Origin: Candidatus Caldipriscus sp.
Lineage (GTDB): Bacteria > Hydrothermota > Hydrothermia > LBFQ01
NCBI GenBank assembly: GCA_049414445.1
Contig: JBMSAP010000018.1
Coordinates: forward strand, 1-59,790
DNA length: 59,790 nucleotides
Direction: 5' to 3'
This document shows positions 45,777-54,446 of this stretch, piece after piece. The notes under the pieces are model-generated. The model ran no database searches. It was not told the DNA's origin and worked only from the letters and a program-made list of their open reading frames with translations. The translations under genes were made by a program, and so were the position numbers. Every line of letters begins with the position of its first letter. The stretch's first letter is position 1.

Positions 45777-47332
45777 TGAAGTTCGTATTCATAACCGGTG
45801 GGGTTTTATCCTCTTTGGGTAAGGGTATAACCACCGCCTCCCTCGGATTACTCTTAAAAAGTAGGGGGCTTAAGGTAACCATAGTGAAGATAGACCCTTA
45901 TTTGAACTCCGACGCGGGAACCATGAACCCTTACCAGCACGGCGAGGTTTTCGTAACCGAGGATGGGGGGGAAACGGATCTTGATATAGGGCATTACGAG
46001 AGGTTTTTGGGGGAGAACCTATCAAAGGAAAATAATATAACCGCGGGAAGGATATACCACGAGGTGATACACAGGGAGAGGATGGGGCATTATTTGGGCG
46101 CCACGGTCCAGGTTGTGCCACACCTCACAAACCTGATAAAGGATAAGCTTAAGGCAATAGCAAAGGAGTACGATATTTGTTTAGTTGAGATAGGGGGAAC
46201 GGTTGGGGATATTGAGGGATTACCTTTCCTTGAGGCGGCTAGGCAGATGGGATTGGAGGAAAGCTGTTTTTACATCCATGTATCCTATGTTCCCTTCATA
46301 AGGTCGGTGGGGGAGCAAAAAACAAAACCCACCCAACACTCAATACAGAAGCTAAGGGAAATTGGGATACAGCCGGACGCGGTGGTATGTAGGGGTGAAT
46401 ATCCTTTGACCGAGGAGGCAAGGTCGAAGATAGCGATGTTCTCAAACGTTCCCGTTAGGGCGGTGATAAGCGCCCATGATGTTGAAAACGTATATAGGAT
46501 ACCCTTCATATTGGCGGATCAAGGTTTGGACGACATAATTTTGGAAAAGCTTGGAATAAGAACATATCTAAAGAGGAAATTGGAGGATTGGGAGGATTTC
46601 GTAAGGAGGCTTGAAAATCCAAAGAGAAAAAAGAGGGTAGCCATAATAGGCAAATACGTTGAGGTTAGGGACGCATACAAGAGCCTCATAGAAGCTTTAA
46701 TACATGCGGGGGCTCATACGGGCGTAAAACCCGAGATAACCCTCGTGGATGCTTTGGAGATAGAGGAGAAGGGGGCCGAGATCTTGGGGGATTTTGATGC
46801 TCTGATAATAGCTGGCGGGTTTGGTAAAAGGGGGATAGAGGGGAAGATTGAGGCGATAAAGTTTGCCAGGCTTTCAAAGAAACCGATTTTGGGGATATGC
46901 CTGGGTATGCAACTTATGGCGGTTGAATGGGCGAGGAACGTCTTAAACCTGAAAGGGGCAAACAGCGAGGAATTTGACAAAAACACCCCCTACCCGATAA
47001 TCCATTTACTTCCAGATCAAAAGGATAAACCTATGGGCGGAAGTATGAGGTTGGGAGGTCAGGAGATAGAGCTTAAGGAGGGGAGTTTGATACATTCAAT
47101 ATATGGGACAAATCGGATATTTGAGAGGCACAGGCATAGGTACGAGTTTAATAACGAGTTTAGGGAGGAATTTGAAAAAAGCGGGCTTGTCGCATCGGCG
47201 GAGCATAAGGGTTTGGTTGAGGCTCTTGAATTCAGGGATCACCCCTTTTTCTTGGGGGTACAGTTCCACCCGGAGTACTCCTCAAAACCCCTAAAACCCC
47301 ACCCTATTTTTGTTAAACTAATTTCCCTATAA
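45776..47332 (+). CDS. pyrG: CTP synthase
   Basis: MKFVFITGGVLSSLGKG N-terminus and a GATase domain (GICLGMQ, HRHRYE). Confidence 0.95.
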   Translation: MKFVFITGGVLSSLGKGITTASLGLLLKSRGLKVTIVKIDPYLNSDAGTMNPYQHGEVFVTEDGGETDLDIGHYERFLGENLSKENNITAGRIYHEVIHRERMGHYLGATVQVVPHLTNLIKDKLKAIAKEYDICLVEIGGTVGDIEGLPFLEAARQMGLEESCFYIHVSYVPFIRSVGEQKTKPTQHSIQKLREIGIQPDAVVCRGEYPLTEEARSKIAMFSNVPVRAVISAHDVENVYRIPFILADQGLDDIILEKLGIRTYLKRKLEDWEDFVRRLENPKRKKRVAIIGKYVEVRDAYKSLIEALIHAGAHTGVKPEITLVDALEIEEKGAEILGDFDALIIAGGFGKRGIEGKIEAIKFARLSKKPILGICLGMQLMAVEWARNVLNLKGANSEEFDKNTPYPIIHLLPDQKDKPMGGSMRLGGQEIELKEGSLIHSIYGTNRIFERHRHRYEFNNEFREEFEKSGLVASAEHKGLVEALEFRDHPFFLGVQFHPEYSSKPLKPHPIFVKLISL

Positions 47333-48651
47333 TGTTCTGGACATTAAACCCCCTTTGGTTCTATTTGGCAATATTGGGTGTTTTTGCTGTGATGATTTTG
47401 CATACGGTAGCCAACAGGTTCGCCCCAAAGGTTCTATTCCCCTGGATAGGTTTCTTTAATTTGGGTTTGAGCAGATCCTCGTTATTTTTGAGGTTGAGAG
47501 ATTATCTGGTTGTTATAATAAGGAGCCTCATAGTATTTTCTTTATTTTTGATCTTGGCAAAGCCTTTCCTTTACAAAGGAAAACCACCAAAGGAGATTTG
47601 GATAAGGGATGTTCCTCCTGAAAAGACGGCGGAGATATTGGGAAGTTGGGGGAAATTTGCGGAGGTCAGGTTCTCGCCGAGCGAAAAACCAAAGGGTAAG
47701 GTTGCCCTCGTGGGAAATTGGGATATCATCCCAAACGCGGAGTACGAAATTTGGGGGGAAAGGGAAAGCTGGAAGGTTTTAGAAATTGAGGCAGGAACGG
47801 ATGAGATAAAGATCTCCCTATATTCCGAAAAACCCGTAAAGTTGAAAATAAGGGTTATCTCAAAGGAAACTTCCATAAGCGATAAAATAGAGTTTGAGGG
47901 GGAAAAACTTTATACGTTAAAGGGGAAGTTTTCGGGCGAAGTTTTGATAACCTTGGGAGGGAGGAAGTTTTACGATTATGTCCTTGAAGGGGGGAAAGGG
48001 GGGGAGGTTTTCGGAAAGGGAACGGACAGGGAGGTGATAATTAACGCATTAAAGGTGACGGGTGCGGATCTTAGGGTGGGGATAGATACCGTTTTCCCGG
48101 GTTTGGATATGGTGTTTGTTAGAAAGTGTGAAATTCTTAAGGGTTTGGGGATAAGTTATCGGAAAGAGATGGTGGAGTTTATATTTTCAGATAGTGGTTG
48201 CGTATTCCAAGGGGGAAAACCCATATTGTACGACGAGAGGGGAAATTTGGTGGGGGTTGAGTTTGAGAATTTAAAGCTCTTTGGGTTTTCGCCATCATAT
48301 ACAGGCTTTGGTTTTACCCCAAGATTTTTAAGGCTTTTGTCCCTAAGCTCAAAGGATGTTTGGAAGGTGTATTTAAATGTGGGTGATAAGGTGGATCTGG
48401 GGGAAAATTATGAGATAAGGGGGAAGACAACTTTGTGTTGTCCATCGGTTTTCAAGGCGGAAAGTCCCGGTATATATAAGGCGTATAAGGGGGATAAACT
48501 TGCGGGGGTGATAGTAGCCAATTTAAATTACGAGATAAGGGTTCCGGAACCGCCCAAGCCCTTGGAAAACTTTGTAAAGATTTTCTTGATATTCTTCCTT
48601 CTACTTGAGGTTATCCTTACTTCCGTAAAATTGAAAGTATGGAGGGGGTAA
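47332..48651 (+). CDS. hypothetical membrane protein with a BatA-type N-terminal double-TM domain
   Basis: The N-terminus LNPLWFYLAILGVFAVMILH...two TM helices resembles TIGR02226-type proteins. There is also a C-terminal TM helix. The central region of about 330 aa is unassigned. Confidence 0.4.
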   Translation: MFWTLNPLWFYLAILGVFAVMILHTVANRFAPKVLFPWIGFFNLGLSRSSLFLRLRDYLVVIIRSLIVFSLFLILAKPFLYKGKPPKEIWIRDVPPEKTAEILGSWGKFAEVRFSPSEKPKGKVALVGNWDIIPNAEYEIWGERESWKVLEIEAGTDEIKISLYSEKPVKLKIRVISKETSISDKIEFEGEKLYTLKGKFSGEVLITLGGRKFYDYVLEGGKGGEVFGKGTDREVIINALKVTGADLRVGIDTVFPGLDMVFVRKCEILKGLGISYRKEMVEFIFSDSGCVFQGGKPILYDERGNLVGVEFENLKLFGFSPSYTGFGFTPRFLRLLSLSSKDVWKVYLNVGDKVDLGENYEIRGKTTLCCPSVFKAESPGIYKAYKGDKLAGVIVANLNYEIRVPEPPKPLENFVKIFLIFFLLLEVILTSVKLKVWRG

Positions 48652-49856
48652 AGAAAATTCTAACTCCCACCGTGGTCGTATCCGCCCTCGGTTATTTCGT
48701 TGATATATTTGACCTTGTACTGTTTTCCATTTTGAGGGTTCCGAGTTTGAAGGATCTGGGGCTTACAGCTGAGGAGATATTAACCAAGGGGGTATGGATA
48801 TTAAATTCTCAGATGGCGGGGTTTATGGTGGGGGGAGTTTTTTTCGGTATAATCGGGGACAAGATAGGGAGAAAGCAAGCTCTGTTCGGTTCCATATTCC
48901 TTTATTCCATAGCAAATATTCTAAACGCCTTCGTCTTCGACCCATGGTCCTATATGATCATTAGGTTCTTTGCGGGGATGGGACTTGCGGGGGAGCTTGG
49001 AGGGGCAATAACCTTGGTAAATGAGGTGTTGGATAAGGAGAATAGGGGTTGGGGTGCTACGGTGGTCGCTTCCTTTGGGGTATCCGGCGCAGTATTTGCC
49101 GGGATCTTTGCGGAATTTTTACACTGGAGGGCAATGTATTTTTTGGGTGGGATATTGGGGCTTATCCTTTTATTTTTCAGGTTCAAGGTTTACGAGTCCT
49201 TTATGTTTGAGAAGGTTAAGAGGGCGGAGGTTAGAAGGGGGGATCTTATCCTCCTTTTTTCCTCATGGGATAGGGTTATGCGTTTCTTTAAGGTGAACCT
49301 TGTGGGGCTTCCGATATGGTACTCAATAGCCTTGGCGATAGTTTTGTCTCCGGAGATGGGGAAGGTTTTGGGGGTGAAGGGGCAAGTTTCGGCAAATATA
49401 GCTGTGGCGGTAAATTATGCGGGTTTGACGGTGGGGGATTTTATGAGCGGAAGTTTAAGCCAGATCCTAAAAAGCAGGAAGAAAGCAATATTGATTTTCC
49501 TTTTCCTCCTGATACTATTCCTGGTCCTCTATTATTCCTCAAGGGGGGTTTCCCTACAGACCTTTTATTTCCTTTGCTTCCTTATAGGGGTTGGGGCGGG
49601 ATATTGGGTGGTCTTCATAACGACCTCGGCGGAGAACTTCGGGACGAACCTAAGGGCAACGGTCGCAACGATTACTCCAAACTTCATAAGGTTTTCCGTC
49701 GTACCCATCACATCGGCTTTCTTGGCACTTAAACCGCACCTTGGTATGATAGGGTCCGCCGCGTTGATAGGGGTAATTTGCTTTGCCATAGCCTTCCTAT
49801 CCTGGTATCTCCTTGAGGAGACTTACGGGAAGGATCTGGACTTTATAGAGGAATAA
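48639..49856 (+). CDS. MFS transporter
   Basis: 405 aa with about 12 TM helices and the GDKIGRKQ loop motif between TM2 and TM3. Confidence 0.75.
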   Translation: MEGVKKILTPTVVVSALGYFVDIFDLVLFSILRVPSLKDLGLTAEEILTKGVWILNSQMAGFMVGGVFFGIIGDKIGRKQALFGSIFLYSIANILNAFVFDPWSYMIIRFFAGMGLAGELGGAITLVNEVLDKENRGWGATVVASFGVSGAVFAGIFAEFLHWRAMYFLGGILGLILLFFRFKVYESFMFEKVKRAEVRRGDLILLFSSWDRVMRFFKVNLVGLPIWYSIALAIVLSPEMGKVLGVKGQVSANIAVAVNYAGLTVGDFMSGSLSQILKSRKKAILIFLFLLILFLVLYYSSRGVSLQTFYFLCFLIGVGAGYWVVFITTSAENFGTNLRATVATITPNFIRFSVVPITSAFLALKPHLGMIGSAALIGVICFAIAFLSWYLLEETYGKDLDFIEE

Positions 49857-50290
49857 ACGAAATCCGCGAGGATGTGGAGGGTGTCCGCAAAAAGGACACC
49901 CAAAATAAAGGGGAGAAAATAGGGGTTATTAAATATCGCGCTTACATTTATTGAAATTGGCAGAAAATTCCTTATAACCAGCCAAACTAAGAAAACTATC
50001 CCGAAGAAATAGCCAAAACGGGTCAATATTCCGATAATCGGAATATGCGAAATCCCCCTGTGTGGCACAATCGCCGCATAAGGCCACCATATAAATGATA
50101 GCTTCCCCCACCTCTTTACAGGCCTTGAAGTTCTAAGATCCAGATCCGGAGAAAACCAAAGGGTTGCAACTATACTTCCCAAGGAGAATGCAAGGATCTT
50201 ATCCCAATCAAAGCCCCAACTGTAAGCTAAATATCCCGCTATAGCTGTAGAAATCAGGTTTATCCTATCGTGCGTCCTTCCCGAGGGCAT
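49823..50290 (-). CDS. DUF2227-like putative metal-binding membrane protein
   Basis: MPSGRTHDRINL N-terminus and a PHRGISH motif; hydrophobic. Confidence 0.4.
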   Translation of the reverse strand: MPSGRTHDRINLISTAIAGYLAYSWGFDWDKILAFSLGSIVATLWFSPDLDLRTSRPVKRWGKLSFIWWPYAAIVPHRGISHIPIIGILTRFGYFFGIVFLVWLVIRNFLPISINVSAIFNNPYFLPFILGVLFADTLHILADFVYSSIKSRSFP

Positions 50291-51065
50291 TCAAATGCTC
50301 CCTTAAGGTCGCGGATCTAAACCTCATGGCTCGGGAGGTATATGGGTTTATCTCCTCAATAACGAGCTCCTCCTCAAATTCCTTACCCTCCGCCAATACC
50401 CTACCGTCCCCATCTATGATCCTTGACCTACCAAAAAATATTATCCCATCTTCGACCCCTACCCTATTTGCGTAAATTGTGGGTGTTCCGAAAAATAGGG
50501 ACGGGATCCCTGCCAGGGTGTGCCAAACATCAATGGAGCTCCTCTCCCCCACCCCCCTAAGTGGATTGTTTGATATTATTACAATGTAATCGCAATTTGA
50601 GTATTCTAAGTACGCATCTACGTGCCACGCATCCTCGCATATCAGGATCCCGAACCTTCCAAGCTTACTTTCTATGGGTGAGAAAATTTTCCCCCTCGTA
50701 AAGTACCTACCCTCGTCGAACATACCGTAAGTGGGAAGATAAACCTTCCTGTGGATCCCCAATATCTTACCATCCTCAACGAAAATCGCGGAGTTATAAA
50801 ATTGCCCCCTATCCTCAATTATCGCACCGAATATCAAGGATATACCCTTTGCCTTTTCGAGGATTTCATTCATCTCCTTTGAACCTTCGCTTATTGAAAC
50901 GGTCGGGGTCATCCAATTCGTAAGGTATCCTGTGAGGCTAAGCTCGGGGAAAACGAGGAGGTCCAAACCTTCCCCCTTTGCCATTTCAATGTACTCAAGG
51001 TGCTTTTTCAAATTTTCTTGGATATTCAAAAGTTTAGGTTTTATCTGCGCTATTCCTACTTTCAA
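50265..51065 (-). CDS. carbon-nitrogen hydrolase (nitrilase superfamily)
   Basis: E-K-C triad contexts FPELSLTGY, HRKVYLP and LICEDAWH. The start codon is TTG. Confidence 0.8.
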   Translation of the reverse strand: MKVGIAQIKPKLLNIQENLKKHLEYIEMAKGEGLDLLVFPELSLTGYLTNWMTPTVSISEGSKEMNEILEKAKGISLIFGAIIEDRGQFYNSAIFVEDGKILGIHRKVYLPTYGMFDEGRYFTRGKIFSPIESKLGRFGILICEDAWHVDAYLEYSNCDYIVIISNNPLRGVGERSSIDVWHTLAGIPSLFFGTPTIYANRVGVEDGIIFFGRSRIIDGDGRVLAEGKEFEEELVIEEINPYTSRAMRFRSATLREHLNALGKDAR

Positions 51066-51071
51066 GGGGAT

Positions 51072-51077
51072 ATTCTA
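51072..51077 (-). promoter_or_regulatory. -10-like box TAGAAT, 6 nt upstream of the nitrilase-family TTG start
   Basis: The minus strand reads gtgTAGAATatccccTTG. Confidence 0.35.
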
Positions 51078-51095
51078 CACCCGACTTTTCCCCCT

Positions 51096-51101
51096 TAAAA
51101 T
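51096..51101 (+). promoter_or_regulatory. -10-like box TAAAAT, 12 nt upstream of rpsP ATG
   Basis: The sequence reads ccTTAAAATacacacttcattATG, with no SD in the spacer. Confidence 0.4.
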
Positions 51102-51113
51102 ACACACTTCATT

Positions 51114-51380
51114 ATGGTAAAAATAAGGCTTCAGAGGGTTGGAAAGAAAAATGATCCAAGGTATAGGATAGTTGTTGCGGATAGTAGGGCTCCCAGGGAT
51201 GGGAAGGTGATAGAGGTTATCGGTCACCTTAACCCCAAGGATGATAACGATTGGTCCCTTGATTACGAGAGGTACGAATATTGGATCTCAAAGGGGGCCC
51301 AACCAACGGAACGTGTTCTTTCGGTTGTTAGACGTTTGGAAAAAAAGGAGGTGAAGCATGGAGCTCAAGGATCTTCTTGA
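51114..51380 (+). CDS. rpsP: 30S ribosomal protein S16
   Basis: MVKIRLQRVGKKNDPRYRIVVADSR N-terminus. Confidence 0.95.
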   Translation: MVKIRLQRVGKKNDPRYRIVVADSRAPRDGKVIEVIGHLNPKDDNDWSLDYERYEYWISKGAQPTERVLSVVRRLEKKEVKHGAQGSS

Positions 51381-51594
51381 ATATATCGTAAAGTCGCTGG
51401 TGGATAATCAGGGTGAGGTTTCCATAACCGAGGTAAAGGGCGAGAGGGCGGTGATATACGAGGTGAAGGTGGCGGACGAGGATAAGGCGAAGATAATAGG
51501 TAAGCAGGGGAGGACCGCGAACGCCATCCGTAGAATAGTGGAGGCTATAGGTAGGAAGCAGGGTAAGGTGGTGAGGGTAGAGATCTTAGCTTGA
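51358..51594 (+). CDS. KH-domain RNA-binding protein (YlqC/UPF0109)
   Basis: 78 aa with IIGKQGRTANAIR. It sits in the conserved position between rpsP and rimM. Confidence 0.85.
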   Translation: MELKDLLEYIVKSLVDNQGEVSITEVKGERAVIYEVKVADEDKAKIIGKQGRTANAIRRIVEAIGRKQGKVVRVEILA

Positions 51595-52079
51595 GGGTTA
51601 AGGTGGGGTTAATAACCAAGCCGTGGGGGAAGAGGGGGGAAATAAAGGTAAAAACCCCCTATCCCCCGCACTTTTTTATAAACAAAAAAGTGCATATTTT
51701 GAACGAGGAGTATATGGTAATTTCCGCAAGAAAATTGAAGGGGGATATGTTGGTTATGAAGCTTTCGGGAGTTGAGGATATAAATAAGGCGGAACTTCTG
51801 AGGAACCTTTACGTTGAGGTGGAGGAAAAGGATCTGGAACCTTTGGGGGAAAACGAGTATTACGTTTATCAGCTTTTGGGTTGCGATGTACTTGACGAGA
51901 ATTACGGGTTTTTGGGGAAGGTTAAGGATTTGCACGAATGGGCGCCTTACTGGACGTTGGAGGTTTTTGGCGAAAAGGAGATATTGATACCTTTCGTTTC
52001 CGAGTTTGTAATCGAGGTGGATGTGGAAAGAAAAGAGATAAGAACTAGACTTCCAAAGGGATATGTTGAGGCTTTATGA
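51591..52079 (+). CDS. rimM: 16S rRNA processing protein RimM
   Basis: 162 aa with RimM N-terminal beta-barrel and PRC-barrel patterns, in conserved position. Confidence 0.8.
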   Translation: MRVKVGLITKPWGKRGEIKVKTPYPPHFFINKKVHILNEEYMVISARKLKGDMLVMKLSGVEDINKAELLRNLYVEVEEKDLEPLGENEYYVYQLLGCDVLDENYGFLGKVKDLHEWAPYWTLEVFGEKEILIPFVSEFVIEVDVERKEIRTRLPKGYVEAL

Positions 52080-53400
52080 GATCCTCGAGGGGTACGAAAA
52101 AAGGAAATTCTCCGCAGGGGAGATTTTTGGAGAAATTTATAGGAAAGCAAGGGAATTTGGGGATCTGAATGCCTTAATTACTTTAAACGATGGGGAAATT
52201 CCCGAAAATGCCTTACCGATAGCGGTGAAGGATAATATAACAACGAAAAATTTAAGAACCACCGCAGCCTCAAAGATCCTTGAAAATTATATTCCCCCTT
52301 ACAACGCCACCGCGGTTGAGAGGCTTCTGAAGAAAAACTTTTATATTATCGGGAAGACGAACCTTGACGAGTTTGGTATGGGTTCAACGGGTGAAAATTC
52401 CGCCTTCGGTCCCACCCTCAACCCCATAGATAAAACCCTAGTGCCAGGGGGTTCATCCTCGGGTTCCGCCGCGGCGGTGGGGGCGGATATAGTTCCCGTA
52501 GCCTTGGGTAGCGATACGGGGGGCTCGGTTAGATTACCCTCCGCTTATTGCGGGGTTTGGGGGTTTAAACCTTCGTACGGGAGGGTTTCAAGGTTTGGCC
52601 TTATAGCCTTCGCATCTTCCCTTGATGTGATAGGGGTTATATCAAGGTCCGCCAAGGATATAACCTTGGTTATGGAAATAATTTCGGGGCATGATGAAAA
52701 GGATGCCACGAGCTTAAGAATAGAAGGTGTAAAAAGGGAAAAGGTTGAGGCTTTAAAGAGGGAGAGATGGAGGATAGGGATCCCAAAGAACCTACTTGAT
52801 GGTATTGACGGAAGGATAATTGGGGAGTTTGAGGGGTTTATTAGGGAGATAAGGAAGTTTTCGGATGTTTTGGAGATTGAGATGAGATATACGGATTTTG
52901 CCTTAGCCTCTTACTACGTGATAGCATCATCGGAGGCTTCCTCAAACCTTGCCAGGTACGATGGCGTTAGGTACGGGAGGGTTATCCTTGGGGAGAACCT
53001 TTGGGAAACTTATAAGAGGACTAGGGAACTTTTCGGGAGGGAAGTTAAGAGGAGGATAGGGATAGGGACTTTCGCATTATCTTACGGATATTACGACAAG
53101 TATTACATAAAGGCCCTGATGGCGAGGAGACTCATAAAGGAAGAGATAGAGGGAATTTTGAGGGAGGTTGATTTTATCCTCCTTCCCACATCCCCATCCC
53201 TTCCCCCAAAGCTCGGTTCTGGCTTTTCACCAATAGAATATTACAACCTCGATAAGCTAACCGTTCCATTTAGCCTTGCGGGTGTCCCCGTTATGAGCGT
53301 TCCCTTGGGGAAATTCGTTGGGGTTCAGGTTGTGGGGAGGTTTGGGAGGGACGAGGAGGTCTTGGCTTTTTCCGAAATCTTGGAGGGGATGATTGGATAG
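52063..53400 (+). CDS. gatA: Asp-tRNA(Asn)/Glu-tRNA(Gln) amidotransferase subunit A
   Basis: Amidase signature GGSSGGSAAAV..GSDTGGSVR. Confidence 0.85.
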   Translation: MLRLYEILEGYEKRKFSAGEIFGEIYRKAREFGDLNALITLNDGEIPENALPIAVKDNITTKNLRTTAASKILENYIPPYNATAVERLLKKNFYIIGKTNLDEFGMGSTGENSAFGPTLNPIDKTLVPGGSSSGSAAAVGADIVPVALGSDTGGSVRLPSAYCGVWGFKPSYGRVSRFGLIAFASSLDVIGVISRSAKDITLVMEIISGHDEKDATSLRIEGVKREKVEALKRERWRIGIPKNLLDGIDGRIIGEFEGFIREIRKFSDVLEIEMRYTDFALASYYVIASSEASSNLARYDGVRYGRVILGENLWETYKRTRELFGREVKRRIGIGTFALSYGYYDKYYIKALMARRLIKEEIEGILREVDFILLPTSPSLPPKLGSGFSPIEYYNLDKLTVPFSLAGVPVMSVPLGKFVGVQVVGRFGRDEEVLAFSEILEGMIG

Positions 53401-54436
53401 GCTTTCCCTATTTTACGAAAATTACGTCTTTGGTAGGTTCTTCGTAAAGGATTATAGGTTTTTTGATACGGGGGTTGAGAGGGGTTATTTTGTGGTTTTG
53501 GTGGGGGAGTACGATAGGGAAACGGTGGAGGAAATAAAGAGGAACAAGATCTTTGAAAAGACCTTCGTATATGAGGACGATGGTAGGTTGGCAATAACCC
53601 TAATTGAGGAGAAGAGGGAGAAGTTTCCCATTTTGAACCTTATAATGTTTTTCCTTACCGTCCTTTCAACCTTATTTGTTGGAGCCTTGCATCTCGGGTT
53701 AAACCCATTCGGACCGGATATCCTAAAGGGTTGGGTCTTTTCTCTTCCTTTGCTTTTGATATTGGGAGCTCACGAGTTCGGTCACTTTATAGTTGCGAGA
53801 AAATACGGGATACCAGCCTCCTGGCCATATTTTATACCCTTTCCCTCATTAATAGGGACGATGGGGGCGGTGATAAGGTTAAGGGGGTTCTTACCGAGCA
53901 GGAGGGCCCTCCTTCATATGGCCTTTGCGGGACCTATAGCGGGTTTCATAGTTGCAATTCCGATCTTAGTTTTGGGATTAAGGATGTCCCAAGTTTTGGA
54001 AGGCGAGATTTCGGAAGGGATCTTCTTTGGAGAACCTTTAATCTTTAAGTTTCTGTCCCTGTTGGTTTTGGGGGATGTGGGGGATAAGGTTATAAACTTG
54101 CATCCGGTGGGGTTTGCGGGCTGGGTGGGGCTATTTGTCACAGCCTTGAACCTAATACCTATGGGACAGCTTGATGGGGGGCACATATTTTACGCCCTAT
54201 TTCCAAGATATCACCACATAATCGGTTGGTTGGTGATAGTCCTTATGGTGATAGGTGGGATGTTTTGGTCTGGTTGGTTTATTTGGGCTTTCTTTGGGAT
54301 CTTGGTTGGCGTATATCATCCCCCCGCCCTATTTATGGAGAGGAAACTTAAGGGGATAGACTACCTAATGGGTTTCCTTTCCCTCCTTATCTTTGTTCTA
54401 TGTTTTACCCCAGTTCCTATAAAGGTTCAATTTTAG
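53393..54436 (+). CDS. site-2 protease family (M50) membrane metalloprotease
   Basis: HEFGHF zinc motif and NLIPMGQLDGGH motif; multi-TM. Confidence 0.8.
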   Translation: MDRLSLFYENYVFGRFFVKDYRFFDTGVERGYFVVLVGEYDRETVEEIKRNKIFEKTFVYEDDGRLAITLIEEKREKFPILNLIMFFLTVLSTLFVGALHLGLNPFGPDILKGWVFSLPLLLILGAHEFGHFIVARKYGIPASWPYFIPFPSLIGTMGAVIRLRGFLPSRRALLHMAFAGPIAGFIVAIPILVLGLRMSQVLEGEISEGIFFGEPLIFKFLSLLVLGDVGDKVINLHPVGFAGWVGLFVTALNLIPMGQLDGGHIFYALFPRYHHIIGWLVIVLMVIGGMFWSGWFIWAFFGILVGVYHPPALFMERKLKGIDYLMGFLSLLIFVLCFTPVPIKVQF

Positions 54437-54439
54437 AAT
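54434..54439 (+). promoter_or_regulatory. -10-like box TAGAAT, 7 nt upstream of ftcD ATG, overlapping the M50 stop codon
   Basis: The sequence reads ttTTAGAATtttcgttATG. Confidence 0.4.
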
Positions 54440-54446
54440 TTTCGTT

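Noticed and set aside
47326-47334. TATAAT overlapping the pyrG stop and the downstream ATG (cccTATAATGttc)
   Set aside because: The hexamer overlaps the ATG itself (zero spacing), so it cannot serve as a -10 box for that gene. It is a coincidence of the TAA/ATG overlap.
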